A stretch of DNA of 63,896 nucleotides, filler included, from Folioceros fuciformis (taxonomy: Eukaryota): assembly GCA_049999805.1 (NCBI GenBank). It is 10 parts of 10 records of this genome, joined end to end, with 100 filler letters (N's around TTAATTAATTAA, not from the genome) between each part and the next. Parts side by side here need not be neighbours in the genome. Positions count along the whole stretch, not along the records: positions 18,407 to 34,662 come from JBNGIO010001053.1; 9 more parts are not named here. One strand, 5' to 3'. A program made the translations under genes and the position numbers. The number at the start of each line of letters is the position of its first letter. Positions within the stretch are counted from its first letter, which is position 1. The notes beneath the pieces were generated by a model that was not told the origin of the DNA, made no database searches, and worked only from the letters and a program-made list of their open reading frames with translations. This document shows, one piece after another, positions 22,742 through 34,762 of this stretch.

Positions 22742-25700
22742 AGTTAGAGATGCATATGCGGAAGAGTCTCGCATCGAGCAGATGCTTTATTAACAAATGA
22801 TATGTTCGGTTCATAGGTGGGCTTATAAAGGATGATTACAAGGGGGTGTGTCCTTTCACTAGCCTGCTGGTTAACTAACTACCAACTAGTTGAGTCTAGT
22901 CTGACTAATCCACATTAGGTCTGGTCTAGTCGACCTTAACCAACGCTATCTGCTCTACTTCTAACTCTCCCTCTCAGACACGTTGAGTTATCTAAGATCT
23001 CCGTAAAACAAAAGGAGACAACTTGTTGTCGGAGTCTTGCAATGGGCTATGGTCTTCTACTCGCCTGTCTCAACTCGCAGTCGAACTCCCTCGCGTTGAG
23101 GCTGGCTCACCAGCGGCTCACGGAGTAGTACACCGGTTGTGGGTAGGGCAGAAGCAAGCTGTCTGCAACAACTGTCAACTTCAAGTGATGGAACAGAAGA
23201 TGATAAACCTCACCATATGAGTGACTTGTCTAGCGCCATAAAGCTACTATAGTCTACTAATCCAAGCCCTTCTCTGTGGAAGCAGTGTTTAAACTTGGGC
23301 AAGGATTTAGTCAGCACATCTGCTGTGTTGTCGTCTGTTGGTACATACTGTACCTTTACTATTCCCCTTTTTGCAACATCACGGATATAGTGATGTTGAA
23401 TCTCTATGTGTTTCATGCGTGCATGGAACATAGGGTTAGCAACTAAAGCAATTGCTGACATATTATCACAGTTAAGTATTGTTGGCCCTTCCTACGTCAT
23501 ACCTAGATCCTCACACATCTTCCTTTCTCATTCAACCTCTTTCGTGGCTTCAGTGAGAGCCTTGTACTCCGATTATGTTGATGAAAGTGATATGGCTGCT
23601 TGTTTTCTACAAGACCAATTAACAACAGTGGAGCCAGCAAGAAAGCAATATGCTGAGATACTTTTCCAGGTGTCAGCGTTTGAAGCCCAATCTGCATCCG
23701 CATAACATGTAAGCAGGAGGCGCTTCTTTCCGCTAGGTTTGTAGCATAGGCCATAATTTTGAGTACCCTTGAGATAACGCATAACGCATTTGAGAGCAAC
23801 CCAATGATCCCTCCCTAGATTCTCTAAGATCTGAGCAATAGCATTTACGGTGTTTGAGACGTATGGTCTTGTTTGATTACTGAAGAACATGAGAGTTCCA
23901 ACTCCCATATGGTAGGGCACAGTCTCCATCTCCTTCTTGTCCTCTTCTGACTGAGGGCAGGAAGCAGATGAGAGCTTAATACCAACGGCACCTGGTGTGG
24001 CTACCGCTCGTGCGTTCTCCAAGTTGAAGCGTTTTAGCATACCAGCTACATATTGTCCTTGATGAAGATAAATAGCTCCAGTGCTATCTCTATGTACATG
24101 CATTTAAAGAATATATTTAACTTTGCCGAGATCCTTCATCTCGAATTCTTTGCTCAAATCAGCTTTTATCTTGTTGACCAAATCAACATTATTGCCTAGA
24201 ATGACTAAGTCATCGACATATAGGGCAACAAGTACAAGTGAGCTATCCTAACGAAGTACATAGATGTTAGTATCTGCTTCACTTTGGATGAACCCCAACT
24301 TGAGATAAGAATCCATTCTCTCATATCATAAGCATGGGCTTTGCTTAAGTCCATATATTGAGCGGAGTAGTTTACACACCTTGTGAGGGAATTTCTTATC
24401 TTCATAATCCTCTAGTTGATCCATGTAGATCTCCTCTTAAAGGTGAGCATAAAGAAAGGCCGTACAAACGTCAAGCTGATAAATTTCCAAGTTAAGCTCA
24501 GCTGATAAAGCTAGAAGCATTCTTATGGAAGTAGCTTTGAGGACGGGTGGGTAAACTTTGTCGCCTTGGTAATCCACTCCCTCTTTCTGACTATACCCCT
24601 TAGCCACCAATCTCGCCTTGTGGCGGATACGAGGCTCAACCTCTTGGAACTTAGTTTTGAGACCCCAATTGCATTTAACAGTTGTCCTGCCTTTAGGAAG
24701 ATTGACCAGAGTCCATGTGTTGTTTTTAACAAGGGAATTATATTCATCATCAACAGCAAACTTCCACTTAGCTACATCAGGTCGTGAGTATGCCTCCTGC
24801 AAAGTGAGAGGATCTCCCTCTGAAAGAGCAGCACTAAAAACATTAAAGTGACCTTCAGAAGTGGTAGTATATCCGGCTTGATTGAACTCCAAGTCAAAGG
24901 GTATTTCATTCCATAGGTGACGTGGTTGTCGCTGACGCAAGGGATACCTACGCTCAGGAACAGGGTCAGAGCTTGGTGGGGAATGTGGAGATACTGGTGT
25001 CTCTGATGCTTGATTCTCAAGAACACCAAAGGAGTCATCCTCATTTTCCAATGGTTCATCCATGGGTAACCCTATGGCTTGTTCATCTTCCCCCTCTCGA
25101 GCAGGAACTATGGGAATAGGACCAGCTTGAGGTGAAGAAGCCAAAGGTGGAGTAGGATCAGAACCAGAAGCAGGAACACCTGAGTCAGGAAAAGTGAAGG
25201 GTTGAGTATGCAACTCAAAGTGAATGTCACCAGTCCAGCGAGGGCTACGAGAGCCGGAGATAGAAGTAGCATCTAGGGCAGAACCAGGAGCCCAAAAGGC
25301 AGGTCCAAGATGTGCTAGCCACGACTCATCAAAGATGACAGTGTGTGCATACATCGGAGTGTGGGTATGCAAGTCCACTAGCTTGTATGCCTTTCAATCC
25401 TCGCCATAGCCCACAAATACCAACTTACGAGCACGAATAGAGAGCTTGTCTCGAAGGTGAGAAGGGATATGGGCATAGGCAGGGCATCCAAAGATACGAA
25501 GATGAGAGATAAGGGGTTTACTCCCATGCCAGCACTCATAAGGAGTCCGGTTGGTAACGGACTTGGAAAGCACCCTGTTTCTGATATAAGCAACAGTGTT
25601 GACAGTTTCGGCCCAGAAGGACTTAGGCAATTGGGATTGAGCGAGCATGGCTCGTGCCATGGCCAAAAGATCACCATTGGCTTTTTCCACAACTCCATTC

Positions 25701-28700
25701 TGCTGGGAGGTATAAAGAACTGTAAATTGACGAAGGATCCTTCTCTCTTGACAAAAGCCCTTAAACTGGTGATTGTTAAGTTCCCCAACATTGTCAGATT
25801 GAATGCACCGTAGCTTACAACTAGTTTGCAACTCGGCCATAGTAACAAAGGGAGAAAATACACTGAAGGAGTCACTCTTCAAACGAAGCGGGTAAGCAAA
25901 AGTATAACGATTGAAGTCATCCACAACAATCATAAAGTGATTAGCCCCGCTAAGTGAAGGGACATGGAGTGGCCCACAAAGATCAATGTGGACAAGCTCC
26001 AAGGGCTGAGTAGCCCGACGTGCAGGAAGATCAGGATACGGTGAACTACGTTGCTTAGCATAAATACAAGATTCACACAATGGTGGCATCTTCGTAAAAA
26101 TAGGCAGCCTATCCCTAAACAAGTCCTGCTTAAACATCTCTAAGAGCTTGGAATAATTGATGTGGCCAAGCCTAGAGTGCCAGAGAAAAGCATCACTATG
26201 ACGTGAGCTCCCCTTGTCGATGGTAGCCGAAGTAGCAGCCGCCGGTGGAGCCAACGCTGCAAGCATGGACTTGTCGGTGAAGACATATAAATCATGGCGA
26301 GGATGGCCTCATGCAATAACACGGCCCGGATGAATAGACCGAGTGAGTAGACAATCACCACGTCCAAAGTCTAGCCTAAAGATGCCATCCTTAACCAAGT
26401 GACGAACGGAAATTAAATTCTTGGCCATCTGAGGTACATGCAGCACATCATTGAGTAGAAGGGAAGAACCATCTTCCAATTCGAAAGTCACTGAGCTAGT
26501 GCCCGCTATTGAGAGGCCAGAGTCATCGCCAAGGAGAACAAAGCGATGAAGAGCATCAGCCGCCGAATATGTCGTAAACATGTGTTTGTGGTTGCATATG
26601 TGAGCAGAAGCTGTAGAGTCGAGCAGCCAAGAAGATTTATACTCAGATGCAACCAAACAAACTGTTAAAGCAATGTCGGTCTTGGAATTATGCCTTGCTT
26701 TAGTAACAACCGTTGTGTTAGCGGTTTTGGTGTCCCGCTTGGGCTCACCAGCCTTCTTCTTACGGCATTCCTGCTCCCAGTGTCCTTGGGTTTTGCACCA
26801 ATTACATGTCCCCTTACATCTAGGGGTTGAGGAATTTGACGTAGAAGGCCCAGAGGAGGTGGTACCAGGAGTAGAAGGCCGACGATTGGCATTTGGGTTC
26901 CTGCGCTTGTTGAATGGTTGTCTACCTTTGGTGACAAACATCACCCCATCACCACCATGTTTCGAGGTGCCGGCATTAAACCTAGAAGCCTCTTCTTGGA
27001 AAAGGGCACCAGCTATCTCAGAGATAGAAATTGAAGGTGTCTTATTAGCATGCGCAGCTTGATGAGCTTCACGTACAGTGCCATTCTATGAAGAAACAAA
27101 AGATTGAAAGCTAGCTGGGAGGCTGGCTAGTAGTTGCACCGAAGCTTCGAACTCTGTTAATGGAGTCCCCAAAGCAGCAAGTTGAGTACGCAGATACCGA
27201 AACTTGCTCACATGAGTAGCAACACTATCAGAAGGTTGCATTCTTAAAGAATAACATTCATTGCCAACCATGACCAATGTCATTACATTGGTGGATTGGT
27301 AAATATCCGTGATCTGCCTCCAAGCTTCTATTGAGTTGAGGGCACCATCAGTGTGATGGAGAGAGTGACTTCGTCCAGGCCAGAAATAAGCATGTGCATA
27401 GCCTGTCCGTCTTGCCTTGTCCATGAGTCAAGAGCAGGTGAAGGTCCAGGTGGTTTTGGGAGAGAGCCATCAACGATGCCAAGAAGATCTAAAGTATTAA
27501 GAGCAGTCTTCATCCGCTTAGACCAAACTTCAAACTTGGTGCCGTCAAAATGGTCTTTCTCCTTAAAATCTATACTCACATTCATAACATTAATGATTGG
27601 AGTAGGAGGAGAAGGTGCCAGTGGTGGTGGTCGAGGTGGAGGAGTAGCCATCTTCGGTATACTTGTGATTATTGACAAAAAGCTGACTTTGTGTTATGAC
27701 GCAGAATTCGCGTCAGTAACTAGGATTATAAATATAAATAGAGATGTATTGCTCACAATAACCGCACCACACTCACAACACGGGCTCAGAGGGCCCAAAA
27801 TCAAGTTCAGTGTTAATGTGATTCATAGAATCAAAAGTGGATGTGATTCGGCGAACCGTTTCAGCAACAGAAACCAAATTGGTGTTGATTTGTGTGATTG
27901 AATGCCAGAGAGCTTGATACTGTTGGGTACATTGCTCCTGTGCTGTAGCTCTTGCTTGTGCCTCACCAAGTTTGTACTCCTTGTATGCTGTCTCCAGATT
28001 CTCGAAAACAAGAGTGAGTTCCTCTTGCTTGATCTTAGATGTCATGCCTGAATCAGAGAATCAGCTTGTACAAAGACTTGTGGTGGTGGCACACAGCGCA
28101 TAGCAAGTAGTCTTCGTCGTGGAGGTAAGCTCGGATCACCACCAGAAGCAACAAATTGTGGTACTGGTGGTAGAGGCTAAACACTGGAGGTTAGCTTGCA
28201 AGGTGTAACTTCATAAAGCAAAGTGCTTGAACCTGCAACGTGGCCGAGAAGTTGAGCTTGGGGAGAGCCGAGGGGATCCTTTGTGGAGCGAACGGGTACG
28301 TCAGGCGAGTGAGGAGCCACCAATGGTGAGGGAAAAGGTGCACCCATTGAGTCTAACGGCACACTGTGACGCCCAACGGGTGCCCCTAAATATATTATTT
28401 TAGGGGGCACTGTTTCATACACAAGCCCCAGCGTCTCATACCCCGGGGCCAACTTAAAATATTTTAAGTTGGCCTAGGGCTGAAACGGTGCCCTGGCCGA
28501 CTCGGTGTATGCACCTGCACCCGCCTTGCCACAGCTGCCGGCACGCTTGCAGGGATCTGGTCAACGGGTCGCTGCACAGGCCCCGCTCGACAATTCTCAG
28601 GCGCGCCTGGTGGGATCTGGGCGCACTGGGATGGCGTCCCTCCTGCCGAACGCGCGATTGATTTCTCTCTCGCAACTACTCCTAGATCTGCATGCAAAGA

Positions 28701-29798
28701 GAAATCCAAATGGTGGTTGTCCTCGTGCACAAATCCTTGGAATTGGCTATGGAATTCTTGGCTTTGGAGGGCAAAGGAGGGGCGCCCATGCTCGTGATCG
28801 CTAGAGGGCAAATCTCCACACCTTGGGAGCAAGTCGGAGTCACTGGAATCTAACCATGATGGCCCAGAGCTCCTTGCTGGAATGTGAGAATTTGACACTG
28901 ATCTCGAGGCCGTGTGAAAAGATCTGCCTGATAGATTAGGAGATCTTGTTGCTAGGGGCTTCGTTCCTTGCTCTTGCAGCAAAATTGTGAGAACATCCGC
29001 CAAAGAGGATCCGAGGTTGAGCATGCATCTGGGAGCAGAAATCAATCAACAACCAGAAGTTGGGGTTCGATTTGATGCTCATCCACAGTATGCCTACTCA
29101 TGCTTCTTTCGAGCCTCAAAAGACTTCCTCCTGGCCTCAGCTTCAGCAAGTGTGCGCCGATGCTTGCAACCCATGATTGTAGTACTTGGGATCTAGGAGG
29201 CTCGATTCAAAGACTAGAAAATAGAGTTTGCTTAGAAAGTAGCAAGCAATTGTTATGCTTGTTCTAAGAAGTATGAACTTATAAGGCACCCAAAAGGTAG
29301 AAATTATAGAATCCCTAGATCTAGAAGGGTGACTAGACCCCATAACCAAACAATTTAGGATAATTGGTTTGATTATATGGAAATTAAACTAATGAAAATA
29401 ATCAATAAAGTAGCTATGATAGTTACTTTACTTAAAAGGTTCTAAGCTAATTATTTTCACTTAGCAACGGTATGATGGGCAGCATGAGTTTCTACATGAT
29501 TGTAAAACTTGCAGATGCTACCTATGATGCAGATGATAGTCTGCTATCGGAAATGCATATCAAAATACATTTTAGTTAGAGATGCATATGCGGAAGCGTC
29601 TTGCATCGAGCATATGCTTTATTAACAAATGATATGTTCGGTTCATAGGTGGGCTTATAAAGGATGATCACGAGGGGGTGTGTCCTTTCACTAGCCTACT
29701 AGTTAACTAACTACCAACTAGTTGAGTCTAGTTTGACTAATCCACATTGGGTCTGGTCTAGTCGACCTTAACCAACGTTGTCTGCTCTATTTCTAACT
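22742..29798 (-). mobile_element. Near full-length Ty1/copia element with 225-bp LTRs (22742-22966, 29574-29798), AGT...ACT termini and GATAA TSD; gag-pol 27651-23210 is disrupted
   Basis: Copia domain order: gag (KDHFDGTKFEVWSKRMK, CNWCKTQGHWEQEC), PR (WLLDSTASAHIC), IN (LWHSRLGH..CESC..LELVHIDLCGP..SDNVGE..QNGVVEK), RT ([32 protein letters not shown]), RH (YADADWA). PPT TGAGAGGGAG. LTRs differ at about 12 of 225 positions by eye. Confidence 0.95.
28365..29570. mobile_element. Probable truncated gypsy-type LTR inserted in the 5' leader of the AGT element
   Basis: Starts TGTGACGCCC, a common gypsy LTR start; non-coding and partly AT-rich; no matching end or TSD found. Confidence 0.35.
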
Positions 29799-30458
29799 GA
29801 TAATGTTAGCATGATGGTAGACCTAGCAAGCTCATCTAGATCTTGCCACTCATCCTGAGTCATGCTAACAGGTTTCACTCCTAGCAACTTTATGGGCTTG
29901 ATCTGCTTCTTCTGCACTAGAACATTGTACACTTGTTCTTTCCGGAACGGGAAGTTAGTACCATCTAACTTCTCGATATTGAACATAACGTTTTCTGAGG
30001 ATGTCATGATTCAAAATCGATGCAAATCAAGTAAAAGGCTAGTTAGAAATTGGTCGGAATGTAATGTAGATCCTGAAAGTTACCCTCACAACTCGTTTCG
30101 ATTCGGCTGTCCACAATTCAGGCCGACACGACGGGCCTAAATCCTGCGATAGAGATCTTGCCGCCTCGCGGCCGGGATCCCAGTTAGCCCACGCTCGCGT
30201 TGTTCGCACTCCGACGCCCACGTTCGAGTTGCCCGCACCCGCGTCGCCAATGCCGACGTTGCCCGCACTCGCGCTATGGCGCTCCAGCGCTCGCTCGCCG
30301 GCCTTCGCGTTCGGCACCTAGCATTTGCGACTCCCACTTTGGCGCCCGTCGTCCGCACCCTGCATCAGGCCCCTCAGCGCCTGCGCCCCGGCAGCGCCCG
30401 TGTCCAGCGGCTTCCGCGCCGCCTGTCCGTGCTTGGCCCGCTGGCGCCCCTGTAGCTC

Positions 30459-32100
30459 CTAGGGTTTAGGGTATAAGGTTTAGGGTTCGTTGTCTGTCTC
30501 GGTCCCAAACCCCAACTGGCATAGCGGTTCCTTTATCGCTGCGACGGGTTTCCAGACCTTTCCGGTCATCCCTTATGAATACCAGTGCAGATTGGGATCA
30601 GAGTATCGAGAGCGGTATAGTTCGAGTAGGTCGTTGGGGCATTGTATTCTTCGGGCAGTACAATGAGGAGGAGGACCTCGACCCTGAGATTCTTTATCAA
30701 GATAGGGGAAAATGGCATTGAAATCCAAGGGGAGAGCACCTCCGGGGGTTGGTCCCTGGAAACATCCTATAATTGTGACAAATATGGTAGTGCAGGGAAT
30801 GTCACCGCAGCCCAAGTTGTACTCCTTGCGGCGGGGGGAGGTCCCTCCCCTTCCACCTGGGAGAGGGCGACAAGCCGCCCCACGGGCCTGGACTGTGGGC
30901 ATCGGACGCCGTCGAGGCAGTTCCACTGTCCCCTCAGCAATGTTACCATTGTCACAAAAAGGGTCACATTGTTTGCGGCCCACAGGCGAAAGGGGGATGG
31001 TCCAGGCCTTGGTCCCAAACCCTGACCGGGACGGCGGTTCCTTTATCGCCGCGGAGGGTTTCCAGAACTTTCCGGTCATCCCTTATAAATACCAGTGAGG
31101 ATTTGGATCAGAGTATCGAGAGTGGTATAGTTCGAGTAGGTCGCAGGGACGTTGTATTCTTCGAGCGGTACAATGAGGAGGAGGACCTCGACCCCAAGAT
31201 TCTTAATCAAGATAAGGGAAAATGACGTTGAAATCCAAGGGGAGAGCACCTCCGGGGGTTGGTCCCTGTAAACATCTTATAATTGCGACAAAGATGGCAA
31301 TGCAGGGAATGTCGCCACAGCCCAGGTTGTACCCCCTGCGGCGAGGCAGGCCCCTCCCCTGCCACCAGGGAGAGGGCTACAAGCCGCCCCACGGGCCTTG
31401 ACTATGGGCATCGGACACCGTCGAGACAGATCCATTGTCCCGCCAGCAGTGTTATCATTGTTAGGAAAAAGGTCACACCCTTTTTGTGACAATAGTAATG
31501 CCTGTAGGGTTAGGAATTAGGGTTTAGGTGCCCGAGTCTAGCGCTCCCCTTAGCGGGGCGGAGCCCCTCCCTTGCCACCTGGGAGAGGGCAACAAGCTGC
31601 CCCATAGGCCCGGACTATGGGCATGGGACGCCGTCGAGGCACTTCCACTATCCCTCCAGCAACCGTCGCAGCAAGCCAGAACCTGAGCAAGCGACGAGGA
31701 GCCCGCCTGTGATTGCTCAGGGGCTCCCGTGCTAGAAGGGGCTCCGATCTGGAGGTTGTCGAGCCGTTGGGAAACCCTCTAGAGGCTCATGGCGCCCCTG
31801 TTAGCCGGGTGGCCGAAGGGGTTTGGTGTCCCTGTTAGCGGGGCGGAGCCCTTCCCCTGCCACCTGGGAGAGGGCGACAAGCCGCCCCACGAGCTCGGAC
31901 TGTGGGCATTGGACGCCGTCGAGGCAGTTCCACTGTCCCGCCAGCAGCAAGCCGGAAGTCCAGCGAGCGACGAGTAGCCCGCCTGCAATCTCTCGGGGGC
32001 TCCCGTGCTCGGAGGGGCTCCGATTTGGAGGTTGTTGAGCTATTGGGACACCCTCCAGAGGCTCCTGGCGCCCCCTTAGCTGGGCGGCTGAGGTGGCCTG
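30459..32100. repeat. GC-rich hierarchical tandem repeat with short telomere-like motifs
   Basis: 510-bp unit (30501-31010, repeated from 31011). ~287-bp unit (about 31545-31830 and 31830-32090). A shared ~85-bp core CCACCTGGGAGAGGGCGACAAGCCGCCCCACG..GGACGCCGTCGAGGCAGTTCCACTGTCCC occurs 4 times. TTTAGGG-like runs at 30459-30487 and 31505-31528. Confidence 0.85.
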
Positions 32101-32270
32101 GCGCCTGCCGTGCCTGGCAGTGCGTGATTTTGCACGAGATTGTTCTCAGGAAGCAGAGACTTAAGGTCTTGTGAGTAAAACTCCAGTTAGAAGTAGTCTG
32201 GTTCTTGCAGACATTTATCAGGTGTGAGTACTCAAGAAGGATTGAGAGTCAATTTTGAGTGGTGGTAGGA

Positions 32271-34662
32271 ATGGCCAGTGACAGTATTAACCAGATCGTG
32301 TAGGAGAAGTTGGACAAAAACAACTTCCATGCCTGGAAGCTTCGTTTTACAAACTTTCTTATGGGAAAGGGTTATTGGGACTACATTGAGGGGGAGCATG
32401 AAAAACCCCTTGTAGTACTTGAACGGAATGCAACAGCGGAGCAGATTAAGGCGCTGAAGGATTGGAGTGAAGGATTTCGTAAGGTCATGTATTGGCAGTC
32501 AATCAGCCTTCATGGCACCATGATTGGGCACATACATGATGCAGAGTCGCCTAAAGAAGCATGGGATGAGCTGGTCAAAGTCTATGAGAGTAACACGAAG
32601 GTGAGGAAACTGCAGTTGAAGAATGACTTCTATACAGTTATGAAGAAGAACTTGACAATCAATGAGTACGCATTAAAGATCAAAGGGATAGTGGAATCCC
32701 TTGCGTCCATTGGTGTTAGTGTGGAAGATGACGACAAGGTTGAAGTCTGCTTGCGCGGGTTAACACCTGCCTATAAGCAGTTCAAGACTTTCATACAGAC
32801 TCGGGAAAACATTCCCAATTTCTCAGACTTGATTTCTATGTTGATCATAGAGGAGAAAAACCTTGGCGAGGAATCATCCTCTAAGCCTAAGGAAAACTCT
32901 GAGCAGGCCTTCCACTCTGGCAGAGGCAGAGGTAGAGACCAAGGTGGCAGAGGGCAAAGAGGTGGCATAGGTCGAAGTTCCTAGCAAAATCAGCAACAAA
33001 ATTAGGAGTCCCAGTACAAGAGTACACGTGGAAGAGGAGAAAATTCTCGAGGCTAGGGGAGTTAAGGCAATGGTTGAGAAGTAGATAAGTAGGCACGACA
33101 AATGCCTAAGATCTAATGGAGGGGGAGAGTGATGTTAAGCATGATTAATATTAAGATTAATTAGTGCTAATCCAGCTCATTGAGTTTGTACTAATTAGTG
33201 GTAAAAGTGATTAAGGTTATGATTAATATATATAGCTTATTAGACTTTGTTATGTTAGGCAAAAAGGTATTGTAGGGTTTGGGGTCATTTATCCCATATT
33301 AAGCACGAAATGAGAGTGCCATAAAAGAAGGGATGAACCCACCTAGTATTTGTAGTCTAACTCCCTCTTCACTTGTATTGTGTTGTTTTTTGTAATTCTC
33401 CTTTTATTTGAGTTTAAGAGCCTTGTTATAGTGCTCTTATTTTGGGATTCTGCGTCTTGCTTCAACTAACTTGTTTTAACCTCTTTTAAGCATGGCGGGG
33501 GTGACATCTCAACAAGTACTTCTCCACAAAGTTCAACAAATTTTTATCTGAACAGGGCATTCAACAACAGTACTCATGTCGTTATACGCCACAACAAAAT
33601 GGAGTTGCAGAGCGCAAGAATAGGCAAATAGCAGAAGTGGCGAGAGCATTGAGGACAGAGAAGAAGATGCCTCACTACTATTGGGCTGAAGCTGTAAACA
33701 GAGCAGTGTACATCATGAACAGAACTCCCACAGTAGTGGTGCATAGTGTAACACCGGAGGAGAAGCTCATAGGGAAGAAACCCGACTTGTCACACTTAAA
33801 GGTATTTGGTTGCATTGGTTATGTCCATATTCCGGATGAGTTTTGGACTAAGCTTGATCCAAAAGCAGAAAAGTGTATCTTCATTGGGTATTCTGTTATA
33901 GAGAAAGGATACAGGTGCTACAATCCCAGTACACGAGCTATGAGAGTAAGCAGAGACGTAGTCTTTGATGAAATGGCTAGCTGGTACTTTGAAGTACAAG
34001 CAAGTGGTGTAGTTGATGTGCATGAAACTGAGGTAACAAGCAATGCAAGTCAACAATCACAAGTGTGGAGTGGACCGCAAGCATCATCAAACTCGACAAA
34101 TGTTCATAATCCATGGAGTGGCAGGTTGCAAAGGTAGTGTGAGCCCTACGAGCTCCATAGCTATGTCTCGCAAAGGGAAGGAAAAAGTCTAGGATTCAAA
34201 GATACCAGACCTGAGTGCAGGTGCAGATGATTCAAGCGACTTTGAGCAGAGCTTGGAGGAGGAATTCGATGTACCGAAAATCGAAACACCCGGTGCAAAA
34301 GAGGTTTAATCAGCCCCTGGAAGTGGTTTAATCCCACGGAGATTTGGAAGGCAGAAGGTTCTAATATAGCGGTTGACCTATGATAGCTATGTAGCTAGAC
34401 ACCGTGCCTATATGGCAAAGGTTGTGCAGGATGTGGAACCAAGAAGCTTTGAAGAAGCTATTGGAGACACAAAGTGGAAACATGCCATGGATGAAAAAAT
34501 GAATGCATTAGATCAAAATGCAACATGAGACCTAGTACAACTACCTGAAGGCAAGAAGCCAATAGGTTGCAAATGGGTGTACAAGGTCAAACACAACGCA
34601 GATGGTAGTGTCAGTAGGTACAAGGCAAGGCTTGTGGCCAAGGGATATGCCCAGACATATGG
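32271..34662 (+). mobile_element. Ty1/copia gag, integrase and start of RT, interrupted by a foreign LTR
   Basis: [111 protein letters not shown]. Confidence 0.93.
33118..33509 (+). mobile_element. PPT plus LTR of an unrelated element, replacing the PR-IN junction of the host copia
   Basis: GGAGGGGGAGAG, then TGATGTTA...TGACATCT; AT-rich and non-coding. Confidence 0.65.
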
Positions 34663-34762
34663 NNNNNNNNNNNNNNNNNNNNNNNNNNNNNNNNNNNNNN
34701 NNNNNNTTAATTAATTAANNNNNNNNNNNNNNNNNNNNNNNNNNNNNNNNNNNNNNNNNNNN

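Larger units (their letters stand above)
21262..30007 (-). mobile_element. Tnt1/Tork-like copia gag-protease-integrase, split into 21262-22741 and 29799-30007 by a nested 7-kb element
   Basis: MTSSENVMFNIEKLDGTNF..DLDELARSTIMLTL/SESVYFNV..CYHCHKKGHMRRDC..WIIDSRASFHVTP..LKCLRIENGGEY; the frame is restored exactly when 22742-29803 is removed. Confidence 0.92.

Noticed and set aside
29336-29348. GGTTATGGG on the minus strand resembling a half-tRNA-iMet PBS
   Set aside because: Only 9 nt match and it lies ~225 bp from the LTR end, so chance is likely
30573-31489. Overlapping 120-170 aa ORFs in the GC-rich repeat
   Set aside because: Frames are not conserved between the two 510-bp copies; long ORFs are expected by chance at high GC
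33500-33509. Possible TG...CT non-canonical end on the LTR at 33130
   Set aside because: Single LTR without a TSD; a point mutation or an end at GTGACA (33506) explains it equally well
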